Assembly (NCBI GenBank): GCA_964016885.1
Contig: OZ024743.1
Location: 262,384,001 to 262,448,000 of the forward strand
Direction: 5' to 3'
DNA: 64,000 nt
Source of the DNA: Eledone cirrhosa
Lineage: Eukaryota
The first letter of the stretch is position 1. Each line of letters starts with the position of its first letter. This document shows positions 53,135-64,000 of this stretch, piece after piece. Position numbers and translations under genes: made by a program. The notes below the pieces were generated by a model, which saw only the letters and a program-made list of their open reading frames with translations, had not been told where the DNA came from and made no database searches.

Positions 53135-53714
53135 TTAAAAGGAACAAATATCAACACTGTAAGGGTTTTGCCAATTTTCTGCTTCTAAGGATATATATCA
53201 AATTTATTTTATTGTCCCCTCCCTCCCAGCAGGATGGAAAACAAAGTTGACCAGGGCAGTATTCAAACTAGGATCAGTTGAATGAATTAACTCTCTTTTT
53301 GTAATTTCTCATCAAATCCTAGTTGTTATTCTATCTTGTGGAATCTACTGAGTTTTGGTGAAAGGGTTAGAGGAACTATGTGATCAGTCATGTCTCTTAA
53401 TCTTCACTTGAAAGTTTATAACTTTTTATACAATGTAACTACATTGCCACCACCATCACCTGAAACTCTCTCTGGTTCTATGATAAAAATAAAATAAAAA
53501 ACTTTTCATATTTAAATTGAAACTTTTTATTGTAATTTTATATATGAATTGTTTGTTATGTTATGTTCTAAATACCATCTTATTAATAAAAAGTTAGTTA
53601 TTTTACTAAATACTTCAACATTTTTGATATTTTCAAAATTAATGGGAACACATAGTGAATGTATTTTATTAAGAATATAGTCATGATTAAAAGAAATTTT
53701 CTAAATTAAAAACA

Positions 53715-53990
53715 AATGTGACAGCACCGATACTATGGGCATATGGATAGAATGTCTCATGAAAGAATTGTTGGACAGATTTTACAGGCAAAACCAACCG
53801 ACAGGAGATCAAGGGGTAGACTTAGAGCAGGATGAGTGGATAACATCCAGGAGCTTGGCTGATCACGCTTGGGGATCCAGCAGGATTAGTTGGAGATAGT
53901 TGCTTCTGACAGGACCTGCTGGAAGGAGTGTTTGAGGACTCTGCCCCAATGACTCCCTCAGGAATAAGTGGGTGAAGAAGAAGAAAAAGA
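53715..53990 (+). mobile_element. RTE-like LINE 3' remnant with (GAA)n tail
   Basis: RYYGHMDRMSHERIVGQILQAKPTDRRSRGR. Confidence 0.7.
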
Positions 53991-54431
53991 AGGAGGGAAA
54001 AAAAAAATGTTATTGTGTTTTTAATCATTTATTTATTCATCAAGTCATTTTCTATTGTCATTTTCAAAAACTGTATAGTAGCTTTGAAAATTACTCAATA
54101 TCTAGAAGAGGGCATTAACATGCTGTATTATTTTTAGTACATAAGTGGCTGTATTGTTTTGAGGTATGTTTAGTACATTGCTGTCTGTATTACTTTGGGG
54201 AATATGTTTGGTACATTCTGAAGACTTTTATCTAGCAAAGATTGTGTGAAACAATATAGAAAATATGAAGTAAGTTAATTGGTAAGTGATATTCTTTGGT
54301 TTACAAAAGAAAAATAAAAGATTGCACTATACACACTTATTAACCATTATTTCCAGTCAATTGAGAATATAATTAATTCATAGGAGTATATATTATGTGG
54401 TGCCTGTAGGTGTATTATATTGGTGTAGGAT

Positions 54432-54472
<41 letters not shown>

Positions 54473-54596
54473 CATCATCATTTTACGTCCGCTTTTCCCT
54501 GCTTATATATATATATATAATGAAGGAGTTGTGGTAAAGAACCAGATGGACCATAACGCACCAGAGTACTCAATACTTAGGGTAGTAGAGTGGGTA

Positions 54597-54674
54597 ATAG
54601 GAAAAAGTATGCAGAGCTCAAGCCGTTTCATCGAAACGGTTGAGCTCTGCCATCGGAGTCATACTTTTTCCTAT
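54597..54674. repeat. Short fold-back hairpin next to (TA)n
   Basis: ataggaaaaagtatg-cagagctcaa-g-ccgtttc atc gaaacgg-ttgagctctg-(~10-nt bulge)-catactttttcctat. Confidence 0.85.
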
Positions 54675-55077
54675 ATATATATATATATATATATAAGAGA
54701 GTATTGAAGTTTGCTTGAAGCATTGTGGAACAATAAGTAAATATCTTTAAGTCGTTTGGAAGCCTCGACAATGCAAATGGGTAAATCTCCGGGTAACAAT
54801 GTCCGGTGGTGGAGAGAGAGATGTAAGTGGGTGTACGTTGAGATGCGTGGTGTGTATAAGATGTGTGAGATGTGTAGAATGAAGGGAAGAGTATAAAGAA
54901 TAAAATAAAAATAACAACACAAGAGAGAGTTACTTTGGGAGAGATTTAATAGTCCCTATATATTTCGGATTCACATCCATCAACTGGGGTTTTTTTCCGG
55001 GGTGGGGGAAAAGGTTGTCTGTCGGACAAGTGCGGAACGCGTCCTTCGCTGTTTGTTGTTTTGAATATCTATATATA

Positions 55078-55740
55078 CATAACTAAGGGAAAAATTAGAA
55101 ATAAGAGGGATCAGATGTTGTTTACTCGAGAGAAGGCTACGTTGGTATGGTCACGTGATGCGCATGAAAGACGACAGCTGTATAAAAAAGTGCAGGGCAA
55201 TAAAGATAGACAGTAGCCACGGAGTAGGCAGACCCAGAAGAACCTGGGACGACCTGATAAATTCCGACCTCACACACTTACACCTCTCCAAGACAATGTC
55301 ACTGGACCGAGATCTTTGGCGGTACTCAGTAATAGAGAAGACCTGCCTTACCTAAATACAAAGTAAAACCTACTACAGTCAGTAGGCATCTCTAACAAAA
55401 TACACTCCCCGTCCCACCACCCCCACCCTATCCACACCGCCCCTTTCAATGTAAATTTATGTTGGTGCCACAACATCCAGGCCGAAACAAATGAGATCGT
55501 GTAGGTGTCACGACAAAAAAACACACAGTCCACGCTGTAATGTGGCCGTGTAGGCAACACGGTAAAAACCTCCCAGTCCCACACTGTAAATGTAGTTGGT
55601 GTTAGGAAGGGCATCCAGCTGTAGAAAACCCGCCAGACAGTCCTATGCGAGCAAGACAACCACTCTTGCCTCAAGTGGGAAAACGCCCGTCCAAACCCAT
55701 GCAAGCGTGGAACATGGACGTTAAACGATGATGATGATGA
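55078..55740 (+). mobile_element. 5'-truncated RTE LINE (ORF end to 55355, 3' UTR, (GAT)n tail)
   Basis: LREKLEIRGIRCCLLERRLRWYGHVMRMKDDSCIKKCR...HGVGRPRRTWDD; sister subfamily of 8345-9291. Confidence 0.93.
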
Positions 55741-55742
55741 CA

Positions 55743-56051
55743 TAAATGTAAGTATGTATGTATGTATACGTACATACATATATGTATACAGACGTACAGT
55801 AGTATGTATATATATACATACATGCACACATATATATATATGCACGTATCGGTTGCCTAAACACTGTACGGCATAATTCGGGCTGTTTGTTTGTTTACAA
55901 ACAAACAAACCGAGCATTATAATAAATGTTCGGTAAACCGATACGTGCATATATATATGTGTGTGCATCTATGTATATATATACATACTACTGTACGTCT
56001 GTATACATATATGTATGTATGTACGTATACATACATACATACTTACATTTA
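55743..56051. repeat. ~310-bp fold-back hairpin (MITE-like)
   Basis: taaatgtaagtatgtatg...cagacgtacagtag...tgcacgtatcggtt pairs with aaccgatacgtgca...ctactgtacgtctg...catacttacattta; the centre tgtttgtttgt/acaaacaaaca also pairs. Confidence 0.88.
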
Positions 56052-57819
56052 AGTAAGTGCCGTACTAAGAGTGAGAAATGAAATTTTGTTTCATTCTATT
56101 CTATATATACATACATATATATATATATAAGAACAATTAGATTAATGTAACACATATTTATACAAGCATCACTGTATGTATATCAATTTATCTATTTCCA
56201 TATATATATATAATCATCAAATGTTGTCCGTTTTCCCATGTGTAAATGTATTCACATATATATATATCTGTCTGTGTCAATGTATATATATACATATATA
56301 TTTATATAATAGACAGGTGTACAAACAAAGAAAAGGCATTGAATGCATCATGTAAATTATATATTTTTAGGTTAGTAGTAATGAGCATAGAAGTCATTAA
56401 CTACTGCTACCCCCACCTCCTCCTACACACACTCTATATTATTCTACAACTCTGGTTTCAAATGTTTGGAGCACACTAATCCACCAAAATACATAGATGT
56501 AGTTGTTTAGAAATATTTGTCGCATGTGTGTAAGGTGGGGATGGGGCTGTAGCTAAATACTATTCCAATGAGAAAGTGAGAACATCAGAGTAGAAATATA
56601 ATATACATGTATGATTGCATACTTATACAATCACATTTATGCAGGGTCTCAGAGAGAACATTTTTCAGGGGGCTACAAAATTTCATTTGGGTTCTCCTTC
56701 CCATTTGTGAATACTGGTCTTTAGAATATGTAAACTAGTGAACCCATGCCTTCAATAATGTTTTCTAATTTAGGCACATGGCCAGCAATTTTGGTGGAAG
56801 GGAAAGTCAATTAAATCGACCGCAGTGCATGACTGGTACTTTATTTTATCCACTTCGTAAGGATGAAAGGCAAAGCTAACCTCAGCTGGATTAGAACTCT
56901 ACCGATACTGCTAATCCACCCTATAATGACAGCAATAATGTTAAATGCATTTAATTTGTAGAGTTCAGGATTAGTATGTCATTTATACCTAGATTAATAA
57001 TTACCTAGATTATACCTAGATTAATAGATATATAATCATACAAACTGAGTAATTTGCACTTCAATAAATTTATAGTTTCCATAAGAGAAACCCTATAATT
57101 TATGTTGAATACTAATACGTATATGGAAATGATTAAAGATAATTTATTCCTAGTATACATTTATATAAATGTTCAGCATATATGTACAAATGACATACAG
57201 GATTAAATGTATGAGTTACTTTGGAGAAATAACTATTTACATGGACACATGTAGCGTTAGAACCCAGCACCTTGTGATTGGAAAGTGAACTTATTACAGA
57301 TTGATATAGAAATTGCTTTGTGTTTATGTGGGTGCAGGTTTGTGTGTGTAAATTTTAAAGAATTACAAACTAGTATAGATATAAATATACAAACACATGT
57401 GGCTTATTATAGTTCATAATTTCTGATATCAGAGGAAATTCCCAGGCTTGGTGTATAAAGTACTCTCTGTAACTCACCCTTTTTTAATAGACCTATTTTT
57501 GTATAAATATTTATGTATATACAGTCACTTTAGCAAACATGATCTACATTGTTTATGTAGGAATCAATTAATTTATATGCTCACACACACAGATACAAAC
57601 ATATCATCATCATCATCATTTCATTTTACGTCCGCTTTTTCCCTGTTTGCAAGGGTGGGACAGATATATGCATATGATATTATATATAATCCATGCTAGT
57701 GTGGAAGATAGACGTTAAACGATGATGATGATATTGATATATATATATATTATATATATACACATCATTATCATGATATATATATATATAAATATATATA
57801 TCTATATGTATATACAATG

Positions 57820-58058
57820 TTGGTACCACAAAACATTCAGCCCACACTGTAAAGTAATTGTGTAGGTGTCACGACAAAACACACCCGGCACACACTGTCA
57901 ATGTGGTTGGCGTTAGGAAGGGCATCCAGCCGTAGAAAACCAGCCAGAAACAGTCCTATATGAGCAAGACATGGTCACTTGACCCTACTTGCCCCTAAAT
58001 GGGACAAACCCATCTAACCCATACTAGCGTGGAAGATAGACGTTAAACGATGATGATG
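57820..58058 (+). mobile_element. RTE 3' UTR/tail fragment
   Basis: Matches 55490-55740 (ttaggaagggcatccagc.gtagaaaacc...gacgttaaacgatgatgatga). Confidence 0.85.
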
Positions 58059-58692
58059 ATATATCGTTCATTGGTTTTTATAAGGAGCATTCAATTGTTT
58101 GGTGAACTGACTTGTCTGCCCCCTATTAAACTAATATGTAAGTGACTGAGTATTCCACAGACACGTATACCCTTAGAATAACTCTCAAGTTGAATTAGCG
58201 TAACACCTTGTGTAACAAGGCTAGACCATTAATTTTCTGAAACAATATATTTGATGGGCTTCCCCTCAGTTCTTGTGAATTCAGCTTCACTCAAAAGGCT
58301 TTGATCAATCGACTTATATGGTAAAAATCACTTGACCCAAACATGTAGTAAGATTAAACATGGGATCTCATGATTGTCAAGCAAATTTCTTAACCACTCA
58401 GCCATGCCTGCATTCACACATGGATATGCACACACATGAATATACTCACATATAGATATTTCACATTGCTCCAGTTTACACAGCTGTAGAAATGAGTGTG
58501 CTGTTACTGGCGCCAAGCTGTATCAGCCATTGCTTTTCCCTTAGACAAAATTAGTGGTGTGGAGAGGGGAGACCAGTATGCATGGACAACTGCTGGTCTT
58601 CCATAAACAACCTTGCCCTGACCTGTGTCTCATAGGATAACTTTCTAGGTGCAAATCCTATGGTCATTCATGACTGAAGGGGGTCTTTACCC

Positions 58693-58742
<50 letters not shown>

Positions 58743-59225
58743 CATATGGTTATAATAATATACACACTGATATGTAAATGTGTGTGTGCGTGTGTGTGTT
58801 TGTGTGTGTGTCATTTATTATATTTGGTTTATTATTGTGTGAGTTTCAGCTTCTCTTCCCTCAGGTGTGAGATGTTATAGGGTGGTGATGGGTGAAATTG
58901 AGCCCAAACAAATTACATATTGAGAGGAACCATTTTCATAAGTCCTAATGGCATTAAAGAATTATATATCTTTCTTTGATTATGAATTATATATCTTTTT
59001 CATAATTTTTTCCCCATTTATATTTGTTTAACCCCTCAAAGAAGAGCAAACATCCTGTCTAATGTGTGTATGTGTGTAGAAGGCTTGGGTTGGATAGATG
59101 TCAGTGCCAATGGGTGGTGGGGGTGTCAGATATTGAAAGTCTCTAAAACAACTTCCATCAAGAAACCCAGATGTCTGTCAGTTCATCCCTTCACTTAAGT
59201 CTGTCTACACAACACAAGATATTAA

Positions 59226-59879
59226 CCCTTTTATTACCAGATTCCTTATGAAATATATTGAATATATTTCAGTTATTGCTGAAAATAATCCAGAATTTGG
59301 AGGGTTTTAGGAAAACAACTTTTTCCTTAAATTTATGTTTTGAACATAAAAAAAGGTTCTTATATAGAATCATGATTATGGGGTTAATAATTGTTTCTAC
59401 TTTTGGCACAAGGCCAGCAATTACCTCAGTGTATTACTGGTGCTTTATTTTATCAATGCTTGTAAGGATGAAAGGCAAAGTTAACCTCGGCAGGATTTGA
59501 ACTCAGAATGCAAAGGGCCTTAACTCTATGCTCCAAAGGATGGTGTCTGATGCTCCACCGATACTGCCAATCCAAGTGCTATATTGTGGGGTAATAATTG
59601 TTTCTACTTTTGGCACAAGGCCAGCAATTATCCCAGTGTATTACTGGTACTTTATTTTATGGACCCCGTAAAGATGAAAGGCAAAGTTAACCTCGGCGGG
59701 ATTTGAACTCAGAATGGCAAGGGCCGTAACTCTATGCGTCAAAGCATGGCGTCCCACCCTCTACTGATACTGCCAATCCACCGCCCTTTCTGGGGTAATA
59801 ATATTGATATGAATACTTTAAAATGGACAGTTTTATCACAGAACCAAAGACGGTTTCAAGTAGGTTGGTGTGAAAAGAG
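59226..59879. mobile_element. MITE P2 (reverse) interrupted by a SINE-B dimer (~59385-59790, minus)
   Basis: TTAA at 59222 and 59880; two tandem minus-strand SINE-B copies bounded by ggggt(t)aataat. Confidence 0.8.
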
Positions 59880-60094
59880 TTAATGGCATTAGCATTGTTA
59901 GCCAAATGAAAGAGCCTCTACATTATCATTCAGCTGTTTGAAATAACAGTCATATCTTCCACAAATCCCATTATATTGTTTTAAATACAGGAGAATATGT
60001 TGGGGTGTATTCCTTGATGCTAAAAAAAATGTCATTTCTCCTCTTTCATCACATTTGTGGCAAATAAAGAAACAATTATCAATATTATTATTAT

Positions 60095-60300
60095 CAGTAT
60101 CAGTAGAGCGTCAGACACCAAGCTTTGGGGAATAGAATTATAGGCCCTATACGTTCTGAGTTCAAATCCCGCCGACGCTAGCTTTGCCTTTCGTCCTTAC
60201 AGGGTTGATAAGATAAAGCACCAGTAATGTACTGGGGGTCAATTTAATTGATTTTCCTCTCCCCTAAATTGCTGGCCTTGTGCCTATAGTAGAAATCATT
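60095..60300 (+). mobile_element. SINE family B copy
   Basis: cagtatcagtagagcgtcagacacc...gagttcaaatcccgccg...ggccttgtgcctatagtagaaa. Confidence 0.85.
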
Positions 60301-60694
60301 ATCATTATTATCATCTACCAAATAAGAATAGTGAGAGGAGGAGGTACTAGTCAACTATCAAGTAAAGATGTAACAGTGACAGGAGGAGGAGGAAGAGTTA
60401 GACAACTGAAGAGGTAAACTGAAAAAGTATCACTAACAAAGCAATTGCAACCAGAATGGTCGATGACCAGTTCTTATATTCAAAACAAAAAAGGATTGAT
60501 TGTTCATGCTAGGACATGTCTTCCAAAATATGAAGAGAAAGCTGTTTGATGGATTTGAGTGACAGAGATGCAGTATGGCAACAAAGTCATCCATTAATCT
60601 TTGCTGCACTTCTGTTGTTCTTTTTCAAGTAGTGTGTTGAACAAATGAAGTAGCAGATATATTGAACAGCTCTATACTACAAACAAATACCAAC

Positions 60695-60860
60695 GATTGT
60701 CCGGCTACTTCCTCATTGCACTGGTTGCTGTCAAGACCTCAGGCATATTCAAACACTGTACTGCCAAGTTCCTCCACAGGAGGAAGAAGGGGTACTGCAA
60801 GGTGGGGTGGCTGTTGCAGTGGGCCTCGCTGGCCATTGCCTGCAGGGCACAGTCCCATCA
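60695..60860 (+). mobile_element. Second CRE-like RLE-domain remnant
   Basis: GYFLIALVAVKTSGIFKHCTAKFL...KVGWLLQWASLAIAC parallels the 3570-3830 peptide; followed by a pyrimidine-rich 3' region. Confidence 0.55.
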
Positions 60861-61477
60861 CTATTGTGCCCGAGACCCAGAGCCCAACATTCTCTCCCTT
60901 CCTTTTCCCATTCTTCTGTAACCCTAGAGCCCTTGCCTTTCTTTCCTTTTCCATTTTTAAATATTTATAGTATTTTTCTAATTATTTCATAGTCATTCAT
61001 TCATGTAGTTACTCGTAACATAGGTCAATTAAAAAATTCTCCTTCAAGAAAAAAAAGAGTAATTAGCCATGACTGGATGTTCTGCATTATGAACTACATT
61101 GTTAAACATCAGACCTGTTTGCTACTGTCTGGACAGCTACTTATTGCAAGTTACAGTAAACTGAGAGCATTTCAAATTATGCGAGCTGGTAAATTTAGAT
61201 GTGTCTAAAGCATATGATAGGGGTCAACCATCACTACCTGGCAGCTGTCCTAAGCATAGTCAATTTCAGTCCTGTCTTCAGAAGCCGGGTCGCTACAATA
61301 TATGACAGTATTTATTTGGTGGTCAAAGTAAATGACCACGTATTGGAACTGTTGCCCATTGTGTGCTTGGTCTGGTATCATTGATTCCCCCCAAAAAACT
61401 GTTCATTTTAGAATATTCATCATATCTCCATAAAAAAACCTTCCATCATAACTTTATGTAAGAACATTTCTCTATTA

Positions 61478-61681
61478 CCATATATACTCGAATATAAGGT
61501 GATACAAATATAAGCCAACACCACTATTTTATGTCTGAGAAATGGGCAAAAATCAAAACTTTATGTAGAATTTAAAGTTGGTGAAAATCGTCAAAATACT
61601 AACCCCGAATATAAAGCTGGCCCCCTTCTATAATCGATTTTTTGGTCACATATTCCTCGGCTTATATTTGAGTATATATGG
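61478..61681. mobile_element. pogo/Tc2-type MITE nested in a P2 fragment
   Basis: TIR ccatatatactcgaatataag ... cttatatttgagtatatatgg; P2 sequence on both sides; related fragment at ~27150-27280. Confidence 0.8.
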
Positions 61682-62033
61682 CAAGTTATATTCCAAACAT
61701 TATCTTAATAACTTAAAAGTTAGTTACTTTACTGAATCCATCAAAATTCTTCATTATTTAAAAAAATAAGTGAAATATATTGGCAGTGTGATTCTTTAGA
61801 AATGTGTAACAAAATGGTACAGAAGAAATACCAGGCTTTCTGTGTAGTCTGTGTATATAAATAAGAAAACAATTAAACATACTCCCAGCACTGGTGTGGT
61901 AGGGGATAGAACAATGCTGTGCTATCTGGTATCCTGTCTGCAAGTATAGATATGTGGTGATAATTTCTGGGACAAATTAGAGAGGAGAGAACTTATTGTG
62001 TAACCAATGATTGGGTCTTTTGGAGACTTGCCA

Positions 62034-62101
62034 GACTACCTGAGGTAATGTTTTGGGAGAGAATGAGAAAGAGAGCAGACTATCTTAAGTAATGTTTCAG
62101 G

Positions 62102-62160
<59 letters not shown>

Positions 62161-62360
62161 ACTATCTGAAGTAATGTTTTCGGTAAGAGAAATAGAGAAA
62201 TAGATAGCTAGATAGAGAGGGGACTATCTGAGGTAATGTTATGGGCGAGAGAGAGAGAGAGAGGACTGTTTGAGGTAATGATATAGGTGAGGGTGAAAGA
62301 GAGTACTCTGAAGTAATGTTATGGGTGAGAGAGAGAGAAACTAAAGTAATTTTATGGGGA
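62034..62360. repeat. Array of ~24-bp repeats separated by variable (GA)n/(TA)n spacers
   Basis: gactatctgaggtaatgttatggg-like block about 7 times. Confidence 0.85.
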
Positions 62361-62955
62361 GGAGGACAAGAAGGAAGATAATAGTGTTGGAGAAATGAGG
62401 GTGAGGTTGAGAGAGAGGTGGGGTGGGTTCAGGGAACAAATGGTCAGAAGTAAAAAATAAAGGAGGAAGAAAAATAATTTGCAGAAGTGACAGGTAAGGT
62501 GGGGGGGGGGGGGGGGGGGTTAGAAAGGTACATGCATAAAACAAAAATAAAATTATAATAATTGTTTCTACTTTAGGCACAAGAATAATAATAATAATGA
62601 TTTCTTTATTGGCCACAAGGGCTGACATCAAGAAAAAGATTACAGACGGTACAGGATGGTACAATGAATAATAATAATAACAACAATAGAGTAAGAAGAA
62701 TGATGACAGCAACAATAAAATGAAATTAAAAAAAAAAGGAAAGTAAATCCAATTAAGAAATTACATCATGTTGAGATTAACATGATGTATCCATACAAAT
62801 GTACATATGTATTGCATCTGTTCAGGATTATATCAATGTGTATGTTACATATATATATATATATATATATCCATATATATATATACACACGCACATAATG
62901 TATGTACATTTTCTAATATATTAATGTGAATGAGTATACATGCATGGGTGTGCGC

Positions 62956-62998
<43 letters not shown>

Positions 62999-63508
62999 TA
63001 TACATACACACACATGGAAATCAAACAAAAACATTCTGCATTGAAGTAAATGTTTGTATGTGAAAGAAAGATAGACTATAAAGATACTGGTACAATAAAT
63101 ACATGGTTTGACTACACATACAGACACACACACATGCCTTTAGAGCTTTTTAAATTATATATATTGTTTAGAGGCAGTGAATTGGTTGAGTCATTAGAAC
63201 AATGGAAAGAATCCTTTGGGATATTTGTTCTGCCTCTCTGAGTTCAAATCATCATTCTGTACCGAGATTGATTCCTCCTCTATATCTTTCTCACTTTCTC
63301 TGATTCTCTTCTCTCTCTTTCTTCAAACCTGTTGAGTGAAGGGCTCCACCATGTTTAAGCTCCTAAGTTATGTTGTATGTCACAGCAGAACCCCACACAA
63401 CTCAATCAGTGCTTAATGGCATGGCATTTGTTTAGAATAACATTGAATTCTTTCTTGAGCCTAGAGTCTCATCAGAATGGACATTGTTCTGGTTTCAGGT
63501 GATGTTAA

Positions 63509-63672
63509 CCCTTTAGCATTTAGACCAGCCATAACTGGCCCCTCATACCGACTTTAAGGTATTGTTTTCAAAATAAATAATATCAAAATCTCATAAATTT
63601 GATATTATGTGAGGTAAAGCCTTTTCTGTGAAAATACAATAGTAAATATAGAATAATGTAAATGCTAAAGGG
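63509..63672. mobile_element. piggyBac-type MITE family P1, copy 6 (internally deleted)
   Basis: TTAA ccctttagcattta ... taaatgctaaaggg TTAA. Confidence 0.92.
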
Positions 63673-63789
63673 TTAAGCAGCTAAGAGTACTAGACCCCAC
63701 TGGTCAAGACTACAGTTTGTGGACTGGGGCAACATGAAATGTAGTGCCTTGTTCAAATTGAAATCAGAATGTAGAGAGCAAGAACAAAT

Positions 63790-63986
63790 ATAGTAACACT
63801 GCATTATATCATGAGTGAGCCAAGTTACATTGCATTGTGACATGAGAACCAAGTTACACTACTGTGTTACACAACAGTGATCCAAGAGCTAAGTTACATT
63901 GTGTTGTAACACAAGAGTCAAGATGTATTCTGTTGTGACATGAGAACCAAGTTACACTACTGTGTTACAAGAACCTTTTACACTAC
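63790..63986. repeat. ~29-bp degenerate tandem repeat
   Basis: tgtgacatgagaaccaagttacactactgtgttac occurs twice exactly, with degenerate copies around it. Confidence 0.75.
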
Positions 63987-64000
63987 AAGGTAATGCAAGA

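Noticed and set aside
62034-62360. Possible CRISPR array
   Set aside because: Spacers are microsatellites of irregular length and the repeats are degenerate.

Overview
AT-rich, microsatellite- and repeat-saturated animal genomic DNA. The SINE/RTE/Penelope repertoire and (TA)n density look like a coleoid cephalopod, most likely an octopus (inference). Only one host coding exon can be supported: a 174-bp minus-strand exon (17506-17679) encoding the cytoplasmic/transmembrane part of a delta/zeta(gamma)-type sarcoglycan, with canonical splice sites. The rest is intronic or upstream sequence made of decayed RTE, CRE-like and Penelope retroelements, tRNA-derived SINEs, TTAA (piggyBac-type), hAT and Tc1/mariner/pogo MITEs, a mariner and a probable Chapaev-3 relic, minisatellites and microsatellites. 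Almost all ORFs in the track are low-complexity artefacts or TE debris. The most unusual signal is a set of fold-back (inverted-repeat) elements next to (TA)n tracts that carry minimal type-I hammerhead-ribozyme-like motifs. These are a 698-bp near-perfect inverted repeat (40477-42252) and three smaller ones (23369-23737, 36397-36533, 54597-54674) whose inversion points fall inside the ribozyme-like motif. I found no evidence for a new protein-coding system or a CRISPR array. All alignments were made by eye, and TE boundaries are approximate unless termini are quoted.
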